Assembly (NCBI GenBank): GCA_963758695.1
Contig: CAVWWM010000010.1
Coordinates: forward strand, 35,350 to 99,349
Origin: an uncultured Actinomycetes bacterium
Lineage (GTDB): Bacteria > Actinomycetota > Acidimicrobiia > Spongiisociales > DATADW01
Length of the DNA stretch: 64,000 bases
Direction: 5' to 3'
Both the position numbers and the translations under genes were made by a program. Position 1 is the stretch's first letter. Every line of letters begins with the position of its first letter. The notes below the pieces were generated by a model. It made no database searches, was not told the origin of the DNA, and saw only the letters and a program-made list of their open reading frames with translations. Positions 18,306-29,513 of this stretch are shown here, piece by piece.

Positions 18306-18737
18306 TCAGCCGAGTTGGCCGCGCACTGCCCCACCGGGGAACGGTGTTGTATGCACGTTGACGTAATACCCGGCCGGGTTGGCGATGATCGCTCCGATCA
18401 GCGCCGGGTCAACGCCGCTGACGCATCCCGACAGCATCCCCATGAAGTCCACCACAACCGATCCGTTGACCCCGGCTGGCGCCTGGTGGATGTGCGCCAG
18501 GATCACGTCATCGATGTTCGACACCTGGATGATGAAGCAGACCTGACCGCGTCCCTGGTGGAGGAAAACGCGAGCGGTTCCGGTGCCGTCGGGGTCACCA
18601 GACGGGACCTCGTTGGCACCGGAGAGCGCCACGGTGAAGCTTCGCTCCCCGATGGTTGGTGGGCTGGCAGTCGCGGGAGCGGCGAGCACTCCCACCAGCA
18701 AAAGGGCGGCTAACCCAGCTCGGACTACACGGCGCAT
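18306..18737 (-). CDS. Secreted CHRD-domain protein
   Basis: LSGANEVP, AHIH, YYVNVHT..FPGGAVRGQL; AAGGAGG RBS. Confidence 0.92.
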   Translation of the reverse strand: MRRVVRAGLAALLLVGVLAAPATASPPTIGERSFTVALSGANEVPSGDPDGTGTARVFLHQGRGQVCFIIQVSNIDDVILAHIHQAPAGVNGSVVVDFMGMLSGCVSGVDPALIGAIIANPAGYYVNVHTTPFPGGAVRGQLG

Positions 18738-18767
18738 GGAGGCCTCCTTCCCTCCCCCGACCATCTA

Positions 18768-18793
18768 GTACGCAGAACACCTACAGGCGGTTC
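18768..18793 (-). promoter_or_regulatory. ECF-sigma-type promoter
   Basis: GAACCGCCTG-N9-TGCGTAC, shared with 49560-49586. Confidence 0.6.
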
Positions 18794-18797
18794 TCGA

Positions 18798-19952
18798 TCA
18801 ATGGGTCAGGGTCGCCCGCAGCCGCCAGGTGGCCAGGCCGAGAAGAACCACGGCGAAGCCGAGGAGCACGCCCAGCTCGGGGAGGATGTCGACGATGGTG
18901 CCGTTGTTGCGCACCAGTTCCGCGAAGGCGTCGAGTCCCCAGGCATGAGGGGTGAAATGGGCGACCGTCTGCAGCGTCGGCGAAAAGAGCTCCAAAGGGA
19001 GCATGCAACCACCGAGGGCAGCCAGACCGAGTCCGAGCATCACCCCGACGCCTCCTGCCTGTTGGTCGTTGCGTAACACAGCCCCCATCAGCAAGCCGGC
19101 ACCCGCCCCCACCAGGGCAAATGCCACCACGACGGCGAGCGCACCGACCGGGTCGCCCCAGTTCACCTGGAAGAGCAGCAGGGTTGCCACGACGATGTAG
19201 GCGCCCTGGACGAACACCACGGCGAATCTGCCCAATGCTTCTCCCGCCACCACCTGACTCATCGGGGTCGGCGTTGACAGCATCCGGGTGGCGACTCCCA
19301 ACCGGCGCGTCTGGATGATCGCTGCCGAGCCGGTGAGACCTGTGAGGAACATGAACAGCAACAGTTGCGACGAAGCGCCGAGATCGAACTGGCCAAGGGT
19401 TGTTGGGAAGAGGGCGTCACCGGTGGTTGTGGTCGTCACCTCCAAACCGGGGAGCGATGACGCCATCGCCTGCGCCTGGCCAACCATCTGGTCGAAGTCG
19501 CTCCCAGTCTCGGCGGCAGCAAATGCGGCCGCGGTCACCACCGTATTCTGATCAGATGCTGCCGCAGCCACCAGCGCCTGGAGTTGCGGCTGACCATCGG
19601 GGCGGCTGGTGAAGAGGAGCTCTACTGGCTGGCCGCTGCGGAGGTCGGCGTCGTAGCCGGCGGGGACGACCAGCCCAGCATCGACCTGGCCCCGCTCAAC
19701 CGCATCCACCATGTCCTCCTCGGTGTCGTAGTGGACCACCTCGACCTCCTCGGCGAGTGCGGCCACCAACTGGTCGCCCAGTTCACCGGCATCGTTGGCG
19801 TGTACCCCGAGGGCGGGGGCGAATCCTCCCCCGCCGAATGCCAGCCCGATGACGAGCACGATGGCGAGGGGAAAGATGAAGACGAAGAACAGATTGCCCC
19901 GCTCCCTGATGAACCGGCGCAGGTTTACGCCGGCAACCGAAAGCGCCTTCAC
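18798..19952 (-). CDS. ABC-2 transporter permease
   Basis: N-terminal TM, extracellular domain, C-terminal TMs, TPHAW motif. Confidence 0.9.
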   Translation of the reverse strand: MKALSVAGVNLRRFIRERGNLFFVFIFPLAIVLVIGLAFGGGGFAPALGVHANDAGELGDQLVAALAEEVEVVHYDTEEDMVDAVERGQVDAGLVVPAGYDADLRSGQPVELLFTSRPDGQPQLQALVAAAASDQNTVVTAAAFAAAETGSDFDQMVGQAQAMASSLPGLEVTTTTTGDALFPTTLGQFDLGASSQLLLFMFLTGLTGSAAIIQTRRLGVATRMLSTPTPMSQVVAGEALGRFAVVFVQGAYIVVATLLLFQVNWGDPVGALAVVVAFALVGAGAGLLMGAVLRNDQQAGGVGVMLGLGLAALGGCMLPLELFSPTLQTVAHFTPHAWGLDAFAELVRNNGTIVDILPELGVLLGFAVVLLGLATWRLRATLTH

Positions 19953-21118
19953 AGCGACACCTTGCGGTAGAGCGTCACAGCCCCGATCGACCCGGTGACC
20001 AGAGCGAATATCAGGATGGCACCCACGGCGGGTAACACCGCGGCGGCGCCTTCCGCCACGTTGTCACCGAGACCGCGGATGAACCAGGCATTCGGGGTTA
20101 GCAGCGACAGGTCGGCGAGGATGCCGCGCCTGGCGAACTGGAAGAACGACCCGCCGAGCAGTCCGAGAACGACGGCCACGATCCCCTGGAGCGCGCCGGC
20201 CTGTTCGACGGTCTTGGCGAAACCGGCGACCAAAGACATGATCCCGACCGCGGCGAGCGACAAGGCAACCATGAGCAGGAAGGCGCCTAGCGGGTCGCCC
20301 CAATCAGCACCCAGGAGCAGGGTCGTCGCTACTCCGAGAACAACGAGGCTGGACAGGCCGAAAATGAAGCTGGTGAGCGCCTTCCCTCCGACGATCGAGA
20401 ACCGCGAGATCGGTGCAGCGAGCAGCCTGGCCATGGTGCCCTCTTCCTTCTCCTGGAGCAGACCCGTCACACCGAACGAGACGGTGAAGAAGAGAAAGAA
20501 CGACGCCATACCAGCGGCTAGATAGGTTGCCTGGTCGAGTTGGCGGGTCTCGGCTGACGCCTCACCGATGGTGATCGTCGGCGGCTGCTGCGCCGCCTCG
20601 GCGGCTATTTGACCCAGCTGGTCCTGGCTGACACCACCCCCCGACGCCACGAGAGCTACGGAAAGCTGTGTCGTCTCGATTCGCGCCGCCAACGCCTCGC
20701 CGATTGCGGCGGCGACCGCGGTTGTGGTGGGGGCATCCACGTTGCCGACAACCTCGATTTGCGCCGGCGAACCCTCCTGGGCAGCAGCAGTGAGACCTTC
20801 GGGGAGCAGGTAGAAGGCGTCGAGATCACCATCATCGACGCGCTGACGTGCCACCGACTCCTCGAGCCCGGTAGATACCTCCATCCCCAATTCCTCGCCG
20901 GCCGCCTGGATCCCGGTGACGATCTGCTCGCCGACGACACCGCCATCGAGGTCGACCACCCCGACGGTCGCCGAGAACTGGCCGGCGATGGTGTTGCCGA
21001 AGATGAGGTCGAATATGAAGGCGAGCACCAGCGGTGCGATGAGGCCGAGGATGATGGCGGAGCGGTCTCTGATCCGCTGTCGCAGGTCCTTCCAGGCGAT
21101 ATCGAAGGTCGCCCTCAT
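19949..21118 (-). CDS. ABC-2 transporter permease
   Basis: KDLRQRIRD, EKEEGTMARLLAAP, TPNAW. Confidence 0.9.
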   Translation of the reverse strand: MRATFDIAWKDLRQRIRDRSAIILGLIAPLVLAFIFDLIFGNTIAGQFSATVGVVDLDGGVVGEQIVTGIQAAGEELGMEVSTGLEESVARQRVDDGDLDAFYLLPEGLTAAAQEGSPAQIEVVGNVDAPTTTAVAAAIGEALAARIETTQLSVALVASGGGVSQDQLGQIAAEAAQQPPTITIGEASAETRQLDQATYLAAGMASFFLFFTVSFGVTGLLQEKEEGTMARLLAAPISRFSIVGGKALTSFIFGLSSLVVLGVATTLLLGADWGDPLGAFLLMVALSLAAVGIMSLVAGFAKTVEQAGALQGIVAVVLGLLGGSFFQFARRGILADLSLLTPNAWFIRGLGDNVAEGAAAVLPAVGAILIFALVTGSIGAVTLYRKVSL

Positions 21119-21121
21119 CGA

Positions 21122-22063
21122 TCAGTCCCGAAGCGCCTTGCCGGTGAGGTGGAGGAAGACCGCCTCGAGGTCTGGCTCCTCGATCTCGACACCCCTCACC
21201 GTGACCCCGGTACCGGTGACAGCTTCGAGGAGCGCGGGCAAGAGCGTGGTGGCCTCCACCGCCACCACCTGGATGTCACCTTCGCCCGACGACACCGCTT
21301 CGACGCCTTCGAGGGCGCCGGCAGCCTTGACCGCGTCCTCGAGCCTGCCTTCGGCAACCAGCCGGACGCGGTCTCTCTCGCCGACGATCGACACCAGCTC
21401 ACGCCTCGTCCCCTCGGCCTTGACTTGGCCCTGGTCGATGATCGCGACACGGTCGCAGAGGCGCTCCGCCTCCTCCATGTAGTGGGTCGTGTAGAGCACG
21501 GCCATGCCCTCCCGGCTGAGCTGTTCGACGCTCTCCAATATGGCGTTGCGCGACTGCGGGTCGACCCCGACAGTCGGCTCGTCGAGGATGAGAAGCTGTG
21601 GCTGGTGGAGCAGCCCGATGCCGATGTTGAGCCGGCGCTTCATCCCGCCGCTGTACTCCGCCGTCTTGTCCCCCTTCCGATCGGTCAGCCCGATGACTTC
21701 GAGCACCTCGGAGACGCGACGTTCCAACTCGGGCCTACCCATGCCATACAGGCGTCCGAAGAAGACGAGGTTCTCCGCCCCGGTCAGGTCGGGGTAGATC
21801 GCTACCTCCTGTGGGACCAGACCGATAGCGGCCTTGGCGCGTACGCTCCGGGTCGTCATCGCTTCCCCGGCGACAACCACCTCACCGGCATCACGTTCGA
21901 GTAGCCCGGCGATCATCGAAATGGTGGTGGTCTTGCCTGCTCCGTTCGGCCCGAGCAACCCATATGTCTCTCCGGCGTGGATTGTCAGGTCCACCCCATC
22001 CACAGCCACGAGGTCGGCGAACCGCTTGCGCAGCCCTCGCGCCTCAAGCACGACTTCGGGCAT
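21122..22063 (-). CDS. ABC transporter ATP-binding protein
   Basis: GPNGAGKT, YSGGMKRR, LDEPT; AAGGAG RBS before ATG 22063. Confidence 0.95.
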   Translation of the reverse strand: MPEVVLEARGLRKRFADLVAVDGVDLTIHAGETYGLLGPNGAGKTTTISMIAGLLERDAGEVVVAGEAMTTRSVRAKAAIGLVPQEVAIYPDLTGAENLVFFGRLYGMGRPELERRVSEVLEVIGLTDRKGDKTAEYSGGMKRRLNIGIGLLHQPQLLILDEPTVGVDPQSRNAILESVEQLSREGMAVLYTTHYMEEAERLCDRVAIIDQGQVKAEGTRRELVSIVGERDRVRLVAEGRLEDAVKAAGALEGVEAVSSGEGDIQVVAVEATTLLPALLEAVTGTGVTVRGVEIEEPDLEAVFLHLTGKALRD

Positions 22064-22125
22064 CGATGACACTCCTTGAACCACGGGGGATCGGGTCATG
22101 ACTCTTGCACATCGCCGCCCCCCCG

Positions 22126-22779
22126 ATGAAGCTTGAACCGGAGGCACAGCTGCGTTTCATCGACCGTGTTGACGCGGGTAGGCGGCTCGGCGCCGCTTTG
22201 ACCCATATCGCCGACGAGCATCCCGTGGTGCTCGGCCTCCCCAGGGGTGGCGTGGTCGTCGCTGCCGAGGTCGCGAGGGCGCTCGACGCCCCGCTCGACG
22301 TGATCGTGGTCAGAAAGCTCGGGGTGCCAGGTCATGAGGAACTGGCCATGGGAGCCCTGGCCGAGGGCGGCGCCATGGTGGTCAACGAGGATCTCGTCCG
22401 CCGCCTCGGCATCAGCAAGGCAGACCTCGATGCAGTCCGCCGCCGCGAGGAAGCGGAGATGGCAAGGCGGCGCACCGCCTTCCGTGGAGACCGCCCAGCC
22501 GTCGACCTCACCGATCGGACTGTGATCGTGGTGGACGACGGTATCGCCACCGGATCGACGGCACGCGCCGCCCTCGAGGACGTTCGCCAACGACGCGCCT
22601 CGCGGATCGTGCTCGCCGTCCCCGTCGGCGCCGCCGAATCGCTGGCCTCGATGGACAGGGCCGCAGACGAGGTCGTCTCGCTCCTCCGCCCAATGGAGTT
22701 GTGGGCCGTCGGGCAGTGGTACCACGACTTTTCGCAGACGAGCGACGACGAGGTGGTAACCCTCCTCTCGTCCGCCTGA
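22126..22779 (+). CDS. Phosphoribosyltransferase-family protein
   Basis: GLPRGGV, VVDDGIATGST, VGQWYHDFSQ; start uncertain. Confidence 0.9.
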   Translation: MKLEPEAQLRFIDRVDAGRRLGAALTHIADEHPVVLGLPRGGVVVAAEVARALDAPLDVIVVRKLGVPGHEELAMGALAEGGAMVVNEDLVRRLGISKADLDAVRRREEAEMARRRTAFRGDRPAVDLTDRTVIVVDDGIATGSTARAALEDVRQRRASRIVLAVPVGAAESLASMDRAADEVVSLLRPMELWAVGQWYHDFSQTSDDEVVTLLSSA

Positions 22780-22804
22780 CCGTGATTTGGCAGTCGGTGA
22801 GTTG

Positions 22805-24638
22805 TCAGGGTGTGGTTATCCGCCCCTCGCCGCCTTCGGGGTAGTCGGAGGCGGTGATCATTCCGCCGAGGCCCTCCTGGATGTAGTTGGAGAGCGCCTG
22901 CTGGTAGCTGGCACCGACGATGACGAACTCCTCACCGGCCAGCGGATAGAAGTCGCCGCCCCTCGCCAGGAAGTCGATGGTGGAGACCACGAGCGGGTCG
23001 CCGGCCACGACCTCTCCTCCCTCGACGATGGGTGTTCCGTCGTCGAGCGTGGCGCTCACCACACGAGACCCCGGGTCGACGATGTTCCCCTCGTCATCGA
23101 AGGTCATCGGAGGGAGCGCTGGGTCGTATACGAAGCTGAAGCCCGAGATCTGGGCGAAGCGCCCGTCGGCGCCGGGGCTTCCATCAGCGGGAACCTGGGA
23201 CACGGCGTTCTCCAGCACCAACTTGAACTGCTCGCGTGTCCACAGAAGGCAGCACTGCCACGAAGTTGGGGAACGGGAGGATGCTGAAGGTGTCGAGCTC
23301 GGAGATCGGCCCGGCCGGAATGACGCTGTTGTTGCGGATCCCCCCGCCATTCTGCAGGGCGACATCGGGTAGCGGCGCTCCGAACTCCTCGGCCAGCTGC
23401 TCGGCCTGCCACTTGAGCGAGTCGGCGACCAGGTTCCCCAAGTTGGTTTCCTGGCTGCGAACCCCCGGGCTGCGTTGCCCGTCGAGATCCACCTCGGAGG
23501 TCCCTATCACTGTCTCCGCAAGTCCGGCAACGAACGCCGCCACCGGGTCGACGACCGCCGCCTGGACCTCGGGATCGGGAGCGACCGCGTCGGGGTTGCT
23601 GCCACCGGCCACCCGAACCGGGCCGCTCGCCTCCTCGTTGACCGAGACCAGCTTCCCTCCTCGGTCGAAGGTCGCCACCAGCCGTCCTACGTAGCGGTAG
23701 TCACCCTGGCCTGTGACCAGCGGGACCGATCTCCCTATCGCGTCCTCGACGTACAAGGGGTACGGCCCGATGGGCACGTCACCTGGCACGAGGAGGTCGT
23801 CGTCGTCGGCAAGCACCTCGCTGCCGCCACCGGCAACCCAGAGATCGACACCACGCAGCAGCGGAGCGAGCGCGAAGTCGTTGTCCAGACCCTGGAGGTG
23901 AGGGGCGAAGATGATTATCTTCGCCCCTCGGTTCATCACCCTGTCGATCTCGGCTTGCACCGTGGTGACGAGGTCTGGATCGAGCACGACATCACGCGGG
24001 CTCGAGATGAATGGAAGGTCGGGCGTGGTGGCGGCGACGATACCGATCCTCCGGCCACGTTCCTCCACGATGGTGCTGCGAACGATCGTCCCCTGATCGG
24101 CGAGCGCGTCGAGGCGAGGCTCGGCGCTGACATCGAGGTTGGCGCTGATGAATGGCGGTGAGTCGGCGCCGAAGCTCTCTATGAAGTTGGCCAGCACGTC
24201 TGGCCCAAAGTCGAACTCGTGGTTTCCGATGGTCATGGCATCAAGCCCGATGAGGTCGAGCGCAAGGGCGTCGTAATAGGGGACACCCTTTTCGAGGCTG
24301 GCCTGGAACTCGGGCCCGGCGAGGAAGTTGTCACCGGCGCTGAGCATCACCATGCCGCGGTTCTTTCGCCCGGAGAGCGCCTCTTGCTTGAGTTGGTCGG
24401 CAACGGTGGCGAACCTGGCCACGCCCCCGAAGTCCTCGAGTCCGGTGCCGGCGTTGATCAGCTGGGATTCCGCGTCGTTGAAGTGGAGCAACGTGAGGGT
24501 GAAGTTCTGTTGTTGGGGCGGCGGCTGCTCCTGGGCGCCGACGGGAACGGCAGATGCCGCAAGTGCGGCCAGCGCAGCCATCAAGATCACCAATCGCCAA
24601 CCGGCGAGGGATCGTCTCAGCATGGGTGACTCCTCCAT
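22805..24638 (-). CDS. Secreted metallophosphatase/5'-nucleotidase (frameshift near 23240)
   Basis: LLHFND, AGDNF, GNHEFD, QNGGGIR, FLARGGDFY, EGRI. Confidence 0.9.
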
Positions 24639-24724
24639 GGCACGGGTCTGCCGAGAGTACCGCGCTCACAGAAAACGGGGTGATGCCGAGGGGGTGAACC
24701 CTCGCCCACCGTTGGCAAAGAAGA

Positions 24725-26124
24725 TCAGGCGGGGATCACAGAGGCGAGCCGAACAGGGTCCCAGGTGGCCGGCTCCGAACAACAGAACCACGACTCGGTT
24801 AGCCGGGGAGCGGTAGACGGAAGCGGGGGCATCGGTCCGAACCGACGTCCGAGCGCCGACCCGAGCGTGGATCGGATCCCCTCCATCGTTTCGATCGGCT
24901 CGGCGTCGTCGCCGGCAGCCCTGTCCACCAGACCGGCCAGTTCGCGCTGCAACATATCCAGTTCGGGGTCGTCCGACACCCAGCGATAGCCGAGGTCGTC
25001 GGGGTGATAGCCGCGCAAGTGCCTCTCTATGCCGGGAAGGCCGAGTACCAGGCTCCCGTCGGGGATGAGCAGTCTGATCGTCAGTTGGATCGGGTCGATT
25101 GCTCCCCACAGCAGGTTGTCGTCGAGGAACTCGATGAGCGATGCCAGCGAGGCACGATCGGTCCAGGGCGTGAATGGGAGCCAGGACGGCCGCACCGCAA
25201 TTCCCGCACCCGACAGGATCCGGCAGGCCTCGGCCATGTCGGCGATGGTGTGGCCTTTGTCGAGGCGTGTCAGCGTGCCGTCGTCGACGCACTCGAACGC
25301 CGAAACCACGAAGAGCACCCCGAGCTCTCGGAACTCGGACCACAGCTCGCGTCTGGGCGAGCACGTGCTCGACCTTGACGGTGATGTCCCAGGTGAGGTC
25401 TGGGAACGCCGCGTGTGACTGGTGGAGAACGCGACGGGCATGGGCAGGCCCGTTGAGGAAGTCTGGGTCGCCGAGTGTGATGTGGCGCGCTCCGAGCCCC
25501 ACGAGTTGCGCCACGTCCTCGAGTACCACCTCGGGCTGGACGACGCGGAACCTCCCGTCGTACACGACCGGAATGGGGCAGTGAGCGCACCGGTGTCTGC
25601 AACCGTGGCTTGCCTCGACATACCCGGCGAGACGCATCTCCCCGTCGACCGCCAATCGGGCGTACCGATCGAGTGGCGGTAGCAGCGAACGGTCGGGACG
25701 CTGGAACGACCCGTTGGCGATGTCGCGTACGACTGCCTCCGGAGGGCGATGTCCGTCCCCGAGTTCGGCCGCCCAGGCGAGGAGGCCCGGTTGGTACTCG
25801 CCGACGAGGGCGCGGTCGGCCAGTTCCCCGACCGTCCGATCGCTCCCCACCGCGGCGTACAACCCGTAGAAGGCGATCGACACCTCGTGGCGGTCGGCGC
25901 GCGACTCTCCGGGCGACCGGAACGGCGAGCCTCATGGCGGTATGCATCGGAACCGAGAACGCGATCCCGTCGGCCCACCGAGCAGCCTCGTCGTCGAACT
26001 CATCCACCGAAAGGTCGAGACAGCGAACCTCATGACCCGCCGCCTTCAGCGCCGCCGCCGGCGAAGCCAGGTGGAGCGGTTGATGACCCAGTTCGTATGT
26101 GGAGACAAGGAGCAGGCGCGCCAC
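24725..26124 (-). CDS. CUAEP/CCAEP-tail radical SAM protein, Cys form (several frameshifts)
   Basis: LVSTYELGHQP N-terminus, CRHRCAHC CX3CX2C motif, DPDFLNG, C-terminal RLTESWFCCSEP. Confidence 0.85.
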
Positions 26125-26218
26125 GTGGGGACGGTACAAGAGAAGACGGAAGACGGAAGACGAGCCTCCACCGGTGAGGGGGTCCGGCGCGAGCGCAGCG
26201 AGCGGACGAGGTGACAAC

Positions 26219-26291
26219 GCACCGTTGGGAGTTCGGTAGCCCCCCTACCCGCTGCTGCGCAGCGGGACCCTTCCCCCTGCGGGGGGACGGA
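26219..26291 (+). repeat. REP-like dispersed repeat, copy 1
   Basis: ~73 bp, near-identical to the reverse complement of 61205-61277; flanked by GAAGACG and GCCGTC(T/G) heptamer runs. Confidence 0.85.
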
Positions 26292-26342
26292 TTCGGATTG
26301 GCTGCCGTCTGCCGTCGGCCGTCGGCCGTCTGCCGTCCGCCG

Positions 26343-27026
26343 TTACCGAGCGATCAGCACCACCAGATCACCGTCAGCCACCGAGGGCATGGCGAAATCG
26401 AAACGGTCGATGTCGAGGCAGAGCTCTAGATCGTCCGGGTCGGCCCACGCAGCGGAAGACAACCGGCGAGCTCCCTGCCCGTCGGCTGCTCTCCGCCGCG
26501 CAAGAACTGGGTCGGCATCGTTGCCGGCGAGCAAGGAGGAGATCAGGTCGGCGCACGCCTCGTCCTCGTCTGCGGGGGCGACACCGTTCCAGCCCGATGC
26601 AACCAGCGTCACTTCCCCAGCACCGGCCATAGACGCCGCGGTGGCCGAGGCCACGGTCAACGACCCGGCCAGCACCGGGTCTGCCCCGGCGTGGCGGGCC
26701 GCCAGCAGAGAGCGCGTCCCGGCGCTGGTTCGCAGCACGAGGATCCGTCCGTCGAGACGGCCGAGTCGCAGCACCTCGGCGGGTGAATTCCCCAGATCGA
26801 AGCCGTCGGGGCGGGCACCTCCCACCTCGCCTGCGAGCAGCGAGTTGCTGAGCGTGCCGGCGAGGGTGCGAGCTTCGTCGACATCGGCGGCGAGCACCAC
26901 CCGGTCGGCTCCGGCTTCCAGAGCGAAGGCGGCTGTGGTGAAGGCGCGGAAGACATCGATCACCACCGTCGCACCCCGAGCCGTAGCCGCGCCATCGAGG
27001 TATCGGAGGCGGCGGATCCGATTCAT
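26343..27026 (-). CDS. 2-phosphosulfolactate phosphatase (ComB) family protein
   Basis: VVIDVFRAFTT, GE..G..PDGFDLGNSP, TSAGT, EDEACA. Confidence 0.88.
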   Translation of the reverse strand: MNRIRRLRYLDGAATARGATVVIDVFRAFTTAAFALEAGADRVVLAADVDEARTLAGTLSNSLLAGEVGGARPDGFDLGNSPAEVLRLGRLDGRILVLRTSAGTRSLLAARHAGADPVLAGSLTVASATAASMAGAGEVTLVASGWNGVAPADEDEACADLISSLLAGNDADPVLARRRAADGQGARRLSSAAWADPDDLELCLDIDRFDFAMPSVADGDLVVLIAR

Positions 27027-27090
27027 GCGGCAGGCGAGTCTATGGGCGGTCTCCCAACCTTCAGGGGGTCAGGGCTAGCCTGCCCGGCCC

Positions 27091-29443
27091 ATGGCCGCGC
27101 CGAGCTTGGGACCGAGCGGTCTCACCGAGGCCGAGGCCGCGGCGAGGCTGGGACGCCGCGGACGGGCCGTCCCCCGAACTGGCCGGTCATACGCCTCGAT
27201 CATCTGGGCCAACACCTTCAACCTCCCCAATGTCGTGCTCGGGGTCCTCGGCGTGGTGACCCTCGCCGTCGGCGAGGCGGCCGACGCCCTCTTCCTGGGC
27301 ATTGTCGTGCTCAACGCCGTGCTCGGGTCGGTCCAGGAGATCAGGGCCAAGCACGCCTTGGAGAGGCTCTCCGCTCTGATCCGGCCCTTTGCCCGAGTCG
27401 TGCGATCGGGGGTAGAACGCGAGGTTGCCGCCGCTGAGGTGGTTGTGGGTGACCTGGTCCATCTTCAACCCGGAGACCAGGTGGTGGCCGACGGCACGGT
27501 GCTATCCGAGGATCATCTCGAACTCGATGAGTCGGTGCTCACCGGCGAATCGGAACCGGTGAGACGGGCATCTGGCGAGGAGGTGCGGTCAGGATCGTTC
27601 GTCGTCGATGGGAGCGCGCTGGCCACCGTGACCGCAGTCGGGACCGAGAGCTACGCCGAACAGGTGGCCGGGACGGCCCGGGCTTTCCGCCACCCTGCAT
27701 CCCCCTTCCAGCAGGGGCTGGGACGGTTGATCCTCGCTCTCCTCGGTGTCGCCATACCGGCGGCGCTTGTTCTCATGGTCGCTTTGTGGATCAGGGATGT
27801 CCCCGTTCCCCGATGCCCTGCAGGCAGTGGTGGCCGCGATGGCCGGGATGGTCCCCGAAGGACTGGTGCTCCTGACGTCCGTGGCCTATGTGACCGGAGC
27901 ACTCAAGATGTCCCGCCGCGGGGTCCTGACCCAGCAACTGAACACGCTCGAGTCACTGGCGTCGGCGGACACGCTTTGCCTCGACAAGACGGGAACGCTC
28001 ACCGAGGGGCGTCTCAGGCTGGTGACACTGGTCCCTGCGCAGGGAACCGACGAATCGGAACTGGGGGCTCTCCTCGGTCGCTACGCCGCATCGTCCTCGC
28101 TGCGCAACGCCACGCTGGAGGCGATCGCCACCGCACTCCCCCAACCGGCCTCGCTCACCGAGGGCCAGATCCCGTTCTCGTCGCGATGGAAATGGAGCGC
28201 CATCCGCCAAGACGGCGCCACAACGGTGATCGGTGCACCGGAGCTATTCCCGCTGGCCGCCCTGGAGGAGGAGGCAACAAGAGAGAGCGCCAATGGTCGC
28301 CGGGTGCTGGCGGTGGCGGGGTCGGCCGCCTCGCTCGACGGAATCGACCCACTGGCAGGGATGCCTCCTGATCTCATCCCGCTCGGGCTTGCGGTCTTCG
28401 GCGAGGAACTGCGGGGCGACGCCGATCAGACCGTCCGATTCTTCACCGAGCAGGACGTGGAGTTGAAGGTTATCTCGGGTGACGCCCCGGCGACGGTGGC
28501 GGCGATCGCCTCCGACGTCGGCATCCCCATCTCGGCGCCTCCTCTCGATGGTCGAACCCTCCCCATCGACGACGCAGAGATGATCTCGCTGATGGAGCGC
28601 ACCTCGGTCGTGGGAAGGATCACGCCCGATGGGAAGAGGCGGGTGGTCGAGGGGCTGCGCAGTGCCGGCCGCTACGTGGGGATGGTTGGCGACGGTGTCA
28701 ACGACGTTCCTGCACTCAAGGCGTCGCAGGTGGCGATCGCCCAGGGGAGCGGTGCCCAGATGGCGCGCACCGTGGCCGACATGGTGCTGGTCAACGGGGA
28801 GTTCTCAGCCGTCCCCCGGTTGGTCGGCGAGGGCAGGCAGATCCTGCGCAACCTGCAGCGGGTGTCGAAGCTCTACGCCACCAAATGCCTCTTCACCGCC
28901 CTCCTCACCCTCACCGTCGGACTGGCGCCACTCGCCTTCCCGCTCCTCCCCCGTCAACTGACCCTGGCCAACCTCTTCACCACGGGGATCTCTGCCACGG
29001 TGTTGGCGCTGGCGCCGAGCAGAGGACCTTGGAAGATGGACGACTACCTGCGGCAGGTGGCCGGGTTCGCCGTAAGAGCGGCAGTGGCGCTCGCCCTCGG
29101 GGTTGGGGGGGCATACGTCACCGCCACCGCCATCGGGTACCCGATCGCTGCGGCTCGATCGGTGGCGACCACCGCACTGGTTGCTGGGTTCCTGCTCATC
29201 GTCTGGGTGCTCGAGGCGCAGGAGCGGCGCCGGGCACTCTGGGTGGGCCTCTTCTGCCTGACGCTCCTGCTGGCCTACCTGGCAGTTACCGCCATCCCCC
29301 TGGCGCAACAGTTCTTCCAACTCGACCCGAGCCCGGCAGGGCTGATGCTCGGGCTTGGTGGGATGGTGATCACCGGGATCGCCCTCGCCATCCTCGGCAT
29401 CCGGCCGAGACTGCGACACGAGCCGGAGGCCGCCACCGGCTGA
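27091..29443 (+). CDS. Cation-transporting P-type ATPase, CtpE-like (frameshift near 27800)
   Basis: LTGES, PEGL, DKTGT, ISGD, GDGVND. Confidence 0.92.
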
Positions 29444-29453
29444 CCCCGATGTT

Positions 29454-29508
29454 GCTGCCAACCCTGGGTTGGGAGTGCTGCAGGGGCGCGGTTCGAACCC
29501 TGGGTTCG
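29454..29508. repeat. Paired AACCCNGGGTT palindrome element, copy 1
   Basis: CCAACCCTGGGTTGG and CGAACCCTGGGTTCG, 36 bp apart; same layout at 63454-63507. Confidence 0.7.
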
Positions 29509-29513
29509 TGGGT

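Noticed and set aside
24770-24800. Selenocysteine recoding in the radical SAM tail
   Set aside because: The codons are TGT-TGT; there is no in-frame TGA.
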